A stretch of 51,217 bases of DNA from Candidatus Dadabacteria bacterium (GCA_040289575.1 PSLL01000004.1:50002-101218), one strand, 5' to 3'. Positions 9,768 through 20,059 are shown, numbered from the stretch's first letter. Program-made: numbers and translations. The notes: a model not told the origin generated them from the letters alone.

Positions 9768-10448
9768 ATGAAGCAGATAGAGGTAATTGACATACATAAG
9801 GTTTACGAAGAAGGCTCAGTTAAAGTTCACGCAGTAAAAGGGGTGAATTTATCTGTAAATGCAGGGGAATTGGCCCTTCTTATGGGCCCATCGGGAAGCG
9901 GAAAGACAACGCTTCTATCGGTGATGGGGTGCATACTTAAGCCGACAAAGGGCCGTGTGCGGATTATGGAGGAAGAGATAAATGACTGGGATGAAAATAG
10001 GCTTCCCCTTATAAGAAGGAAACACATAGGATTTATATTTCAGCACTTTAATCTCCTGAGCGCTCTTACAGCCCTTGAGAACGTGGAGGCCTCTCTAAAC
10101 CTCAAGGGTATAAAAGACAAGGATGCAAAGAGTGAGGCAATGAGATTGCTTGAGCAGGTTGGATTGGGAGATAGATGTGATTTTCTGCCCAGGGATTTAA
10201 GTGGGGGAGAAAAGCAGAGGGTTTCGATTGCAAGGGCACTTGCCGGAAATCCACAGATTATTCTGGCAGACGAGCCTACGGGCAATCTTGATTCCCAAAA
10301 CGGGCGGATGGTAATTGAGCTTCTCAAAGGCCTCACCGACAGAGAGAACAAGTCCGTAGTAATTGTCACACACGACAACAGAATCACAGATCTTGCCGAT
10401 AAGATTTATCATATGCAAGACGGCGTTATTGAGAATGGACTTCCGTAG
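9768..10448 (+). CDS. ABC transporter ATP-binding protein (DevA/LolD-like)
   Basis: GPSGSGKTT, LSGGEKQRV, ADEPTGNLD, VTHD. Confidence 0.93.
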   Translation: MKQIEVIDIHKVYEEGSVKVHAVKGVNLSVNAGELALLMGPSGSGKTTLLSVMGCILKPTKGRVRIMEEEINDWDENRLPLIRRKHIGFIFQHFNLLSALTALENVEASLNLKGIKDKDAKSEAMRLLEQVGLGDRCDFLPRDLSGGEKQRVSIARALAGNPQIILADEPTGNLDSQNGRMVIELLKGLTDRENKSVVIVTHDNRITDLADKIYHMQDGVIENGLP

Positions 10449-10482
10449 GAACACTACCTTGAATATGGAATTGCCCTTAGAA

Positions 10483-11247
10483 TCAAGCCTTAATAGGCTC
10501 TGCGAGTTTTCTTCTTTGAGCTCTAATCTGGATGAGCTTTAAGACCCCTGCAATTATTAATCCAAGAGACATAAGCTGAGCTAAAGAGATTCCTGGGATA
10601 AAACTCGGTGTCGTATGCCTTATAAACTCTATAAGAAACCTCTCTACCCCAGTCAGTATTAAAACCATTGATGTAAGCCATCCAATGGGCATGTTTCTTT
10701 TACGAATCTTCCATATATAAATAAATATTCCCAGCGTCAATAGTACTTCATAGATTTGAGTTGGATGCACCCTCTCATTCGTCGGGGGAGAGCCGATTGG
10801 AAAAGACATAGCCCATGGGAGATTTGAAGGAGTTCCGTAGTCGTCGCCCACAAGAAAACAGCCAATCCTAGCAATTGCATAGGTAATAACAATGGGAGCC
10901 ATTGCGTCGGCGGCGAGCCAAAAATTTACTCTCTTTATATGCATGACAGTCAAAAAAAGCAGAGCCGCACCCACAAAACCTCCCAAGTATGTAAGCCCTG
11001 ATGAGAGATACCTTACAGGGTCGGATATGAATTGTGAGAGTGTTACATTCTCTAAGAGAAAGAGAATCTTCGCCCCTATAAGCCCCCCGATTATACTTGC
11101 TATAAAAGCCATATCGAGAAGGTCTTCCCCCAAACCCTTTCTTTTAAACTCGCTCTCGCACAGCTTATAAGCCACAAGGAAACCAATAATCATCATTACT
11201 GTATATGAAGAGATTGTAAAACTGCCTATTCTAATTATTGGATACAT
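10483..11247 (-). CDS. lgt: Prolipoprotein diacylglyceryl transferase
   Basis: GLTYLGG, ARIGCFLVGDDYG, HPTQIYE, RFLIEFIR. Confidence 0.92.
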   Translation of the reverse strand: MYPIIRIGSFTISSYTVMMIIGFLVAYKLCESEFKRKGLGEDLLDMAFIASIIGGLIGAKILFLLENVTLSQFISDPVRYLSSGLTYLGGFVGAALLFLTVMHIKRVNFWLAADAMAPIVITYAIARIGCFLVGDDYGTPSNLPWAMSFPIGSPPTNERVHPTQIYEVLLTLGIFIYIWKIRKRNMPIGWLTSMVLILTGVERFLIEFIRHTTPSFIPGISLAQLMSLGLIIAGVLKLIQIRAQRRKLAEPIKA

Positions 11248-11360
11248 TTATATTCCCGGCTCCCAGTTTGGAATTATTAAGGCTAAATTAACATAGAGTC
11301 AATTTCCCCGCAAATACATTGATGTAAAGCCTTTAATAACACGAGGCCACGGATCGGTTT

Positions 11361-12632
11361 CTAGGGAGTTTCGTCCCTGCATCCGCCCTCTTTGAGAATC
11401 TTTTCTATCTCGTATCCCGCCGCAATGGTCGCCGTGCAGGCAATCAGTTGATACGCAAGAGGAAAGAATTTCTCGCATTCTCCATTCTCACAGTCGCCTT
11501 CCTTTTGAAAAGAAAGGCATGAAAATTCCATCCCCCTTGTGTTTAGATTGTCAAACTCGCTTTTTCCCCTATTTAGCCTGAGAAAACCGCCCGCCGTCTT
11601 TGCTTTAACGAGATAAATCACAGGTTCCCCTACGGTTTCCGAATCCAATCTCAATGATGTCGGTATTCCCTCCTGAATCACCACATCCCTTACGGGCTTT
11701 CCGCCCTTTGAGACCCTCATCTGCTTCCTCCTCTCTGCATTGAGCGTCCTTACTTCATCTGCGCTGAAGACGCTTATCACAGCCATCCCGTATGTGCCTG
11801 AGTTGCTCTTTAAGAAGAGAAACGGACTTTCTCGGACACCCCTTTTTTTATATTCGTATCTAAGTTCACTGAGAACCAAGTCTACAGATTGTGCCACCCT
11901 TTGACGATCCTCAGGATTGTCAAAATCCACTCCGCCTTGCGAAACCGTTTTTATAGAGATTGTCCAGGGGTCGATTCCGATTATCTCTGCAACCTCGAAA
12001 GCGAGTTTGTTATAGAAATCAAAGTGAACGCTCTTTCTCCTTGTATGCCAGCCGATCTCTACAGGAGGCTCAACGGGTTGCCGAACGCCTCTCAGTATTT
12101 CAGGGCACTTTGATGAAAAATCGTTATTTATCAAGATGAGGTCTGGGGTAAAGTCCGAAACAAAAACCGTGTCGCCGTCCCTTTTTAATCTAAAAGCCCT
12201 AACATACTCTCCGGTTATGGTTTTAAATCCCACTTCATCCTCATAAAGCTCATCACTTACAAGCCCAACCCCTACAAGAAAACCCACACTCCCAAGAATA
12301 GATTTAATCGCATATATGTTTTCCCAGTAGTAAGGGTTCCTTGTATGAAGCTCAGGGATTATGAGAATCCTCTTTGCACCGGGATAACTCTGAATGAAGT
12401 GCTCTCTAAAGAGTTGTGCCGCACGCCTTCTAAAGACCGGACAGAGATTATTAAACCCAGCGGGAAATACATTAGTATCAACCGGAGTAATTTTATGGTG
12501 AGAAATCCGCAGATCAACCGATGCATAGAGCGGGACATCTACCTTCCGGCACTGCTCGTCTATCCAGCCTTTAATCTCCTCTGCTTTTTCCCCACTCTTT
12601 CGATTTATCTCATCAAGAAATTCCATTGTCAC
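11361..12632 (-). CDS. gshA: Glutamate--cysteine ligase, Acidithiobacillus ferrooxidans-type GshA family
   Basis: LYASVDLR, PVDTNVFPAGFNNL, LIIPELHTRN, LINNDFS, GTYGMAV, VVIQEGIPT, NLNTRGM. Confidence 0.88.
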   Translation of the reverse strand: MTMEFLDEINRKSGEKAEEIKGWIDEQCRKVDVPLYASVDLRISHHKITPVDTNVFPAGFNNLCPVFRRRAAQLFREHFIQSYPGAKRILIIPELHTRNPYYWENIYAIKSILGSVGFLVGVGLVSDELYEDEVGFKTITGEYVRAFRLKRDGDTVFVSDFTPDLILINNDFSSKCPEILRGVRQPVEPPVEIGWHTRRKSVHFDFYNKLAFEVAEIIGIDPWTISIKTVSQGGVDFDNPEDRQRVAQSVDLVLSELRYEYKKRGVRESPFLFLKSNSGTYGMAVISVFSADEVRTLNAERRKQMRVSKGGKPVRDVVIQEGIPTSLRLDSETVGEPVIYLVKAKTAGGFLRLNRGKSEFDNLNTRGMEFSCLSFQKEGDCENGECEKFFPLAYQLIACTATIAAGYEIEKILKEGGCRDETP

Positions 12633-12653
12633 AGATCGACTCCAATCCTAAAA

Positions 12654-13523
12654 TCATTCCTTTACAACATAAGTTCCAGCAAACTTATCGTGCCATGCCT
12701 GACTTTTTGAATCAAAAACTGCCCAGATAAATCCGATAAATATGAAAAATGCAGATACATAATACCCAAGCCACCTTACGAAAGCCTCCCAGAGCCTCAT
12801 TGATTCCCCATCGTCTCTTATTATCCTAATTCCCAAGATCATCTTTCCTATGGTTTTCCCAGTAATCCCTTCGAGAAAAACGAAATAGGTGGAGCCTAAG
12901 AAAAGCAGGATAATATATACCGGAATGAGCACATCTACACCCTCTCCCCAGCCAAGGCTAAAACTGGTACCGGCAAATAAAAGGCCGATCCCAAGTGTAA
13001 GCGTCGCGATTCCAAAAATAATTATGAGATCAATGATAAATGCCGCAATCCTTGAGCCGATTCCGGCGAGATTAAAAGAAATCGTCTTTTCTTTAGATTG
13101 TAAATCTTCAGGCACGGAGTTGTATGCAGAGTATATGGAAGGAACGGGCGATTCCGTATCATCCCATTCTTCTTGTCGGGATTGCCCGGATGAGGACCTA
13201 TAAGGCAAGAATTCAGAAGGAATGGACAGATTGAGAGATTCATCCTCTTCCATTTTATTTTCATCTGAGATTGATCGAATCTGAGGCTCATTCAAAGTCC
13301 CCGACGGCGTCTGCGCGCGGGATAAATCAGGTGCAGACAATACAGCACCAGATACAGGTTTTTCTAACGCTCTTTCATCTATTTTTGCACTCTCCTTCTT
13401 TTCCGCCTCGGATACGGATTCATAAATAGCCTTATATATTGGGTTTGGCTTAAGCGGATTTCCACACCTCTTACACGTGCTTAGGTAATCAAAACTGTTG
13501 AATCCGCAATTGGGACACTTCAT
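12654..13523 (-). CDS. RDD-family membrane protein with N-terminal zinc ribbon
   Basis: MKCPNCGFNSFDYLSTCKRCG; RIAAFIID, TIGKMILGIRI, WHDKFAGT. ATG 13523 preferred as start. Confidence 0.9.
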   Translation of the reverse strand: MKCPNCGFNSFDYLSTCKRCGNPLKPNPIYKAIYESVSEAEKKESAKIDERALEKPVSGAVLSAPDLSRAQTPSGTLNEPQIRSISDENKMEEDESLNLSIPSEFLPYRSSSGQSRQEEWDDTESPVPSIYSAYNSVPEDLQSKEKTISFNLAGIGSRIAAFIIDLIIIFGIATLTLGIGLLFAGTSFSLGWGEGVDVLIPVYIILLFLGSTYFVFLEGITGKTIGKMILGIRIIRDDGESMRLWEAFVRWLGYYVSAFFIFIGFIWAVFDSKSQAWHDKFAGTYVVKE

Positions 13524-13686
13524 TGTGTTTTTAAGATAACACAACGTAAACGGAATCACAATTAAAAATCCAACCCTTGACAGAATAAAATCCCCATGAT
13601 ACCTACTTAAAACCTTTAGTCACAGAGAAAAGAAAATTATTTATTGATTCGTGTTTAAATCATGTTATTAAAAAGGAGATAAGAGA

Positions 13687-14704
13687 TTGAAGAAAAAAAA
13701 GAGAAGAGTACTTACACACCCCTGTGCTTCAGCCATCCGTAAGAAATATAAAGAGTATAGGGAACTATGTCCACGCCTTTTCCAATATGTCATTCCAAGC
13801 AAGGGCACTCGGTGAGGGGGCAAAAACCCTTTTTGAGATGGTCAAGGCTCCTGATTGTTTAAAAACACTCACCATAGCTGGAGCCCCCGTGCCCGGAGGG
13901 CTTCAGGGCGTAATATGCGACTTGATCGAACTCAAATTTATAGATGTTATTGTCACTACAGGTTCCCAGATCGCGCACGATTTAGTAGAAGCCCTGGGAT
14001 TTAGCCATCATAAGGGTCATCATATGATGGATGACGTAGAGCTTAGAGACCTGAGAATTGACAGGATGTATGATGCCCTTTTAGACGAGACAAAACTAAA
14101 TGAGGTAGACCTTATCCTAAACAGGCTCTGGAAAAGATTAGAAAAGAGGATTCTTTCTACGCCGGAGATCTTTATAGAGATTGCGAAATACATTACAGAA
14201 ACCGGGCTTAATAAAGGACAGAGCTTTCTTATAAGTGCAGTAAAAAATAACGTCCCTATATTCTCTCCAACGATCCACGATAGCGAGATTGGAATTTCTC
14301 TTACGACATTTAACAAGAAAAACCCCAAAGGAAGAATAATAATTGATCTCCTTCTTGATAACGAAAAATATATAGAAATCTTCTCCGATCAGAGATATAA
14401 AAAACACGGAGTCCTTATTCTAGGGGGCGGTGTTCCGCGCAACTGGACGCAGCAGGTAACGCCTATGATTGAATTTATAAAACATGGGGTTCAAATATTA
14501 GAAGACAGGGAGATCGGCTATGATTACGGGATTCTGATCACAACAGACCAGCCACAGTTTGGAGGCTTAAGCGGAAGCACGCTTGATGAAGCCATATCTT
14601 GGAACAAATATGCACCTTAAGCAAGATTCGCCACAGTCCACTGCGATATGACAATTGCCCTACCCATTATGGTTGGAGCCGTAAAGGAATGGATGGGGAT
14701 TTAA
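13687..14704 (+). pseudogene. Deoxyhypusine synthase-like (possible homospermidine synthase), interrupted twice
   Basis: GGGVPRNW, GGLSGSTLDEAISWNK. +1 frameshift in the A8 run (13693-13700) after AGGAG...TTG. In-frame TAA at 14618-14620 is followed by the conserved tail ARFATVHCDMTIALP. Confidence 0.85.
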
Positions 14705-14709
14705 TAATT

Positions 14710-14737
14710 GTAGGGGCGCACAGCGATGCACCCCTAC
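14710..14737. repeat. GTAG-type REP-like palindrome between convergent genes
   Basis: GTAGGGGCGCACAGCGATGCACCCCTAC hairpin. Confidence 0.75.
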
Positions 14738-14750
14738 ACCAAAAGCAAAA

Positions 14751-15746
14751 TTAAAGATTTCCGGCAAGGCTTGAATCAATAGCGGCTTTTAAAGCCTCAT
14801 AATTAGCGCCTTGAACGGGAAGTCCGTTTACAAAAAATGAAGGCGTTGAGTTCACACCAACTGATACCCCTTCTTTAATCTGATTCTGGACTTTAGTAGC
14901 CGTGTCGGGAGAACTGAGGCAGGAGTTGAATTTATTTGTATCCAGTCCCGCGTCCTTTGCAAAGCCCTTAAGCTGATCCATTGATTTTTCAGCTGTGATC
15001 TCCTTCTGTTTGGTAAAAACCAAGTCATGGAATTTCCAGAACTTATCGTTCCCCTGTTCATAGGCACACACCCCAGCAATCGCCGCATTCTTAGCCCAGG
15101 GATGAATCTGCTCGAGTGGGAACTGTTTGTATATGAGTTTTACCTTGCCATCGTAATCCTTTAGAATCTTAGGAAGAACATTGGTGCTGGCGGACTGACA
15201 GAAAGGACACTGAAAATCCGAATATTCAACTATCGTAACCTTTGCATTTTGATTTCCCATTACAGGAACGCCCTTAAGGGAAATCTTTTTCATTGTTTCC
15301 TCAAGCGGATTGACCTTTGAGTCAACCAATTCTCCAAGGATTATATACTTTCCATCCTTACTCATTAGTACAGGAACCGACTGGCGCCCCAAAGCAATTG
15401 CTCCCCTCTTAAGTCCCGGCACGCCGGTATCCTCAAATTTTTGAGTGTCTATGGGCTCTCCAAAAACTAGATACCTTCCATCATTGCTGATAAGAAATGG
15501 AACATCCCCTGAACCCCTAGAAGACTGAACCACAAAACTGCCCTTTTTGAACCACTCGAGAGGAGCCTTTTCATACCCCTTTACATCAATCTTCGCATCC
15601 GCAGGAAGACGCGCTCCCAACGTCCTTCTGAGAAGAAGCTGTAGCCTCTTTACATCATCAGCCGATATGTTTTCGGCAAATACCTGAACTCCAACCACAA
15701 GAATGGATAAAACCGATACAATTATCCAAAAATACTTAAACCTCAT
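14751..15746 (-). CDS. Exported DsbA/DsbC-like thiol-disulfide oxidoreductase
   Basis: Signal peptide, EYSDFQCPFC, FPL..IHPWA, GVNSTPSFFVNG; GGAGG before ATG 15746. Confidence 0.9.
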   Translation of the reverse strand: MRFKYFWIIVSVLSILVVGVQVFAENISADDVKRLQLLLRRTLGARLPADAKIDVKGYEKAPLEWFKKGSFVVQSSRGSGDVPFLISNDGRYLVFGEPIDTQKFEDTGVPGLKRGAIALGRQSVPVLMSKDGKYIILGELVDSKVNPLEETMKKISLKGVPVMGNQNAKVTIVEYSDFQCPFCQSASTNVLPKILKDYDGKVKLIYKQFPLEQIHPWAKNAAIAGVCAYEQGNDKFWKFHDLVFTKQKEITAEKSMDQLKGFAKDAGLDTNKFNSCLSSPDTATKVQNQIKEGVSVGVNSTPSFFVNGLPVQGANYEALKAAIDSSLAGNL

Positions 15747-16025
15747 CTTTATTCTTCCCTCCATAACTAATTTATGTGCGTAAATATACCACCATCCATC
15801 TGGAAAGCAAATAAATTCGCTTCACTTAAGAAGTTGAGATAGGAAAAACCTCTCGCCGGATTGAATCTAAGTTTAGCGTTTGAGTTGAAATCTCCAAAGT
15901 GATATGGGATGCTGTTATAGGATGCGACATTATAGAACTTTTGAAAAAGATTCTAAAGCCCATATTCCAGTAAAATCATATTTAATTAGAGCCTTCTTAG
16001 GAATCTAGAAACTAGTTAAGTCTCT

Positions 16026-17330
16026 TTAGAGACTCTGATCAGAAAACACCCTATTGAATATATAATCAACATTCTTTAGGTCGCGCTCTACGCTAAAGCA
16101 CTCCTCTATCTCATCCGTGGAGAGATGGTTTGACAGTTGACTATCTTTAAGAAGCAAACCTTTAAAATCCTCTTTCTCTCCCCATGCCATCATCGCATTC
16201 TTTTGCACAATCCCATAAGCCTCTTCCCTCGATAATCCCTTTTCAATCAACTTAATCAGAACCTTCTCTGAAAAGATAAGCCCGCGTGTGAGCCAGAGGT
16301 TTTTTTCCATATTCTCCGGGTATATCTGAAGTCCATCAAGGAGACCCCCGAGCCTATAGAGCATGAAATCAATCAGGATTGTGGCATCGGGACCTATCAC
16401 CCTCTCTACGGAAGAATGGCTTATATCGCGCTCGTGCCAGAGGGGAATGTTTTCAAGTACGGAGATTGAGTAAGAGCGAACGAGTCTTGAAAGACCGCAT
16501 AGATTCTCCGCAAGTATTGGATTTCTCTTATGCGGCATAGCAGACGATCCCTTTTGCCCCTCTGTAAAAGGCTCTTCAAGCTCAAGCACCTCGGTTCTTT
16601 GAAAGTGCCTGACCTGAAGCGCAATCTTCTCAACCGTTGCGGCAATAATCGAGAGCGTAAGAAAATACTCGGCATGTATGTCGCGCTGAATAATCTGAGT
16701 AGAAATCCTTGCAGGCCTGAGTCCGAGAATCTCACACGCGCGCTCCTCTACACGCGGAGGCACGTTTGCAAATGTCCCAACCGCACCGGATATCTTGCCA
16801 ACGCTTATAGTCTCCCTCGCCCTTTCCATACGCTCAAGGTTTCTCATCATCTCGTCATACCAGATGGCAAAAACAAGTCCCAGTGTTGTAGGCTCTGCAT
16901 GAATACCGTGGGTTCTTCCAACTATTGGTGTGTATTTGTGTTTAAACGCAAGCCTCTTTAGAGCCTCAATTACCTTTTTTATATCATCAATTATTATTGT
17001 CGCCGCATCCCTTAACTGAATCGCAAAAGCTGTATCGAGCACGTCTGAGGATGTGAGTCCGAGGTGTATATATTTCGACTCCTCCCCTACGTGCTCGGCA
17101 ACGGCGGTGAGAAAGGCAATGACATCGTGCTTTAAGGTCTTCTCAAGCTCATCAATACGACCTACATCAAACCTCGCACGTTCTTTAATCTTCTCTAAGG
17201 CCTCGGTTGGTATTTGTCCAATCTCAACCCAGGCCTCGCATACAGCGATCTCCACACAGAGCCAATTCTGATATTTGGCTTCATCACTCCAGATTTTTGA
17301 CATCTCAGGTCGAGAGTATCTCTTAATCAA
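16026..17330 (-). CDS. purB: Adenylosuccinate lyase
   Basis: (M)IKRYSRPEM, HDVIAF, GRTHGIHAEP, GSSAMPHKRNP, ERDISHSSVER. TTG 17330 overlaps the upstream stop. Confidence 0.97.
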   Translation of the reverse strand: MIKRYSRPEMSKIWSDEAKYQNWLCVEIAVCEAWVEIGQIPTEALEKIKERARFDVGRIDELEKTLKHDVIAFLTAVAEHVGEESKYIHLGLTSSDVLDTAFAIQLRDAATIIIDDIKKVIEALKRLAFKHKYTPIVGRTHGIHAEPTTLGLVFAIWYDEMMRNLERMERARETISVGKISGAVGTFANVPPRVEERACEILGLRPARISTQIIQRDIHAEYFLTLSIIAATVEKIALQVRHFQRTEVLELEEPFTEGQKGSSAMPHKRNPILAENLCGLSRLVRSYSISVLENIPLWHERDISHSSVERVIGPDATILIDFMLYRLGGLLDGLQIYPENMEKNLWLTRGLIFSEKVLIKLIEKGLSREEAYGIVQKNAMMAWGEKEDFKGLLLKDSQLSNHLSTDEIEECFSVERDLKNVDYIFNRVFSDQSL

Positions 17331-18073
17331 AGTGTTAAAACCTCCCCTAAAGCTTTTCTCTGGGCTACGATGAGCCTTGTATGGTCCGCACACTTAATAA
17401 CTGAAGAGGCGGCTTCTATCGCCTTTTTCGGCGTATTATTCGATTCGCTCAAATGAGCCAGAACAACATACCTGAGGCCATCATGTATAAGACCCTTAAG
17501 AAGCCCCGCTGCATCCCTATTCGACAGGTGCCCCAGACGGCTCTTTATTCTCTGTTTTAAGTCCCAGGGATAAGGACCGTAAATCAGCATCTCCTCGTCA
17601 TGATTGAATTCCAGGATAAGCACATTCACCCCCTTTAGTCTCTCTCTTACAAGAGCCGTAACAGAACCTATGTCTGTTACCACACCAACCTTTTTATGGT
17701 CTGTCTGTATCGTAAACCCTAGGGGTTCTATCGCATCATGAGGGATTGGAAAAGGAGTAACTAAGGCGTCGTTTATATAAAACGCAGAGCCAGTATCGAA
17801 TTCCCTAAGATTCTCAACCCTATCCTTCCAGAGAAATGTTGTAGCTGAAGCGACATATACAGAGGCATTGAGAAACGGGAGCGCGGCAATGTGGTCTGTG
17901 TGCTCGTGTGTGACAAGCACCGCGTCTATCTCCGATATCTGAATGCCGAGAGCCTTAAGCCTGATGGCAATCTGTCTCTGGCTTATCCCCGCATCCACGA
18001 GAATCTTCGCCCTCTCTGTTTGGATAAACAGGGAATTTCCTGAGCTTCCGCTTGCAAGGGTGCAGATTCTGAT
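17327..18073 (-). CDS. MBL-fold metallo-hydrolase (YycJ/WalJ family)
   Basis: THEHTDH, PHDA, EFNHD, GHLSN, LAHLS. The frame extends upstream through the conserved (I)RICTLASGSSGN to an ATC 8 nt after AGGAG. Confidence 0.9.
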   Translation of the reverse strand: MRICTLASGSSGNSLFIQTERAKILVDAGISQRQIAIRLKALGIQISEIDAVLVTHEHTDHIAALPFLNASVYVASATTFLWKDRVENLREFDTGSAFYINDALVTPFPIPHDAIEPLGFTIQTDHKKVGVVTDIGSVTALVRERLKGVNVLILEFNHDEEMLIYGPYPWDLKQRIKSRLGHLSNRDAAGLLKGLIHDGLRYVVLAHLSESNNTPKKAIEAASSVIKCADHTRLIVAQRKALGEVLTL

Positions 18074-18208
18074 TTTATCTTCTCCTGATTAAAACTGACG
18101 ACAAATTAGCTACAGAGAGAATTAGGAGCTAACCTCAGTAGAGGTTCCGGTCTTGTCTAAAACATTCAATACCCTCTGCAGCTAATAAGATTATGAGCCA
18201 TGAAAAAT

Positions 18209-19057
18209 TCAGTTGTCAATTCTATTTAATCTTCTTAATCTCTTCCTTAAGAACCGATTCAACCACAATCTCGGTTTTTGATTTCTCATCAAGGGCTTCG
18301 ATTTTTTAGCATCCGACTCCGTATTTGGTATTTGTTCTATAAGTTCTTCTTCAAGTAGTATTATCTCCTCATTAAGCCCAGATGCCCCCGGTTCTATCTT
18401 TATTTCTTTAGTATCGTTGTTATACCCAGCCTCCCCCTGTGATTCGCATTCTTCTTCAAGCAGAATTATATCATCAGAATCAGGCACCTCTTGTTGTATT
18501 TTGACTTCTTCAGTGCCGTTGCCACAATCCGATTCTTTATATGATCCATAGTCCAGTGGCTCTTTGTAAATTGTATATTCATTAAGCATCTCAAACCCAT
18601 CGGACTCTCCTACTACCTCGGTATGGGAAAGCGAATTAAATATAGAGCCTATCTCCCTCCGTTCATACTGATTGATTAAAGATTCCACCTTTTTTATTAT
18701 TCTTTCAGATTTGAGAGGCTTTATTAGAAAATCGTCCGCGCGTGCCCCCGCGGCTTTCACCTCATCGAATACACCGAGCGAAGACGCAATTAAAATAACG
18801 GGGATATATTCGAGAGCCGGATCACCTTTTATCTTTCCCGACACCTCATATCCATCACCATTAGGTAAAGAGACATCAACTAAGATTATGTCCGGTTTCA
18901 TCTCCCTAGACTTCGATATAGCATCCGCACCGCTTGATACATGTACAACCCTGTAGCCGAGATCGGTAAATAGAGAACCGATAGATCCCCTTATAGCACT
19001 GTCCTCATCAGCAATGAGAACGGTTTTCATACCTTTTCTTTTCACTACATTATTCAT
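18209..19057 (-). CDS. Response regulator: receiver domain plus acidic linker (RomR-like); probable frameshift near C-terminus
   Basis: LIADED, PDIILVD, DDFLIKP; the alternative frame after the T6 run gives ...EIVVESVLKEEIKKIK* (stop 18222). Confidence 0.75.
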   Translation of the reverse strand: MNNVVKRKGMKTVLIADEDSAIRGSIGSLFTDLGYRVVHVSSGADAISKSREMKPDIILVDVSLPNGDGYEVSGKIKGDPALEYIPVILIASSLGVFDEVKAAGARADDFLIKPLKSERIIKKVESLINQYERREIGSIFNSLSHTEVVGESDGFEMLNEYTIYKEPLDYGSYKESDCGNGTEEVKIQQEVPDSDDIILLEEECESQGEAGYNNDTKEIKIEPGASGLNEEIILLEEELIEQIPNTESDAKKSKPLMRNQKPRLWLNRFLRKRLRRLNRIDN

Positions 19058-19253
19058 ATAGAAACGGAACTCTTAAAATATATTTTATAATTCAACGCAG
19101 ACAATCTTCAAACGCAACCGTATACGAAACGCACAGAGACACTCTTCATAATTATACCTAAATTATTAAACAATGCGTTGACAAGAAATCCTATCTAATA
19201 TACTTTCTTTGATAAATGCCCAAGACAGGTAAGAATAGAGGAGGAGAGAATAG

Positions 19254-20059
19254 ATGCCTAAAGTAAAAGCAAACGGTATAAATATGAATTATGAGAAAAC
19301 AGGGAGTGGAGAACCACTCATTCTTATACCCTTTTTAAGTGCCGATAACGCCTGCTATGCCTTTCAGATTCCGGAGTACTCAAAGCGCCTCACGTGCTTC
19401 TCCGTAGATACAAGAGGGGCTGGTGAAACCGACAAACCAGAGGGCACCTACTCCACAGAGCTATTTGCCGATGACATAGCAGGGTTTATGCATGCGGTAG
19501 GAATAGAAAAAGCCCATATAGCGGGTGTTTCATTAGGCGCAGCTATAGGTATGTGGCTTGCGGCAAAATATCCGGATAAGGTTAAGTCGTTATCACTACA
19601 TAGTGGATGGACAAAGACTGACTCCTTCCTTAAAACTGTTGTGGAAGGCTGGCAGGTAATTGCCAAAGCCTTGGGGAGTGTTGCGGAGATGGTGATTTTA
19701 GGTATTTTCCCGTGGTGTTTTACCCCCGAACTCTATGCTGCTAAACCCGATTACATAAAGGCACTTTCTGATTTTGTAAGGGGAAGACCGGCACAGCCCG
19801 TGGACGCATTTATAAGACAGTCCGATGCCGTTATATCTCATGACTGTGAATCCCAGTTGGGTAAGATAAAGGCACCCACGCTTATTACATTTGGTAAATA
19901 TGATATGGTAACCTCAATCCGTTTTGCCAATACAATGAAGAATAATATTAAAAATTCTGAGTTAGTAGTTTTTGAGGGCTGTTCTCATGCTGGGCTCTAT
20001 GAGAAGACTGAGGAGTTCAACCAAAAAACCTGGACTTTTTGAAAAGGCACACCGGATAG
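19254..20059 (+). CDS. Alpha/beta hydrolase (enol-lactonase-like), frameshifted in its last codons
   Basis: DTRGAGET, GVSLG nucleophile motif, GKYD, SHAG. One added C at about 20030 restores ...NQKTLDFLKRHTG*. Confidence 0.85.

Noticed and set aside
14618..14620. Selenocysteine, pyrrolysine or genetic code reassignment at the DHS stop
   Set aside because: The codon is TAA, and TAA, TAG and TGA all end intact genes in this window.
17331..17393. N-terminal extension of PurB in the ORF track
   Set aside because: Overlaps the upstream gene; homology begins at TTG 17330.
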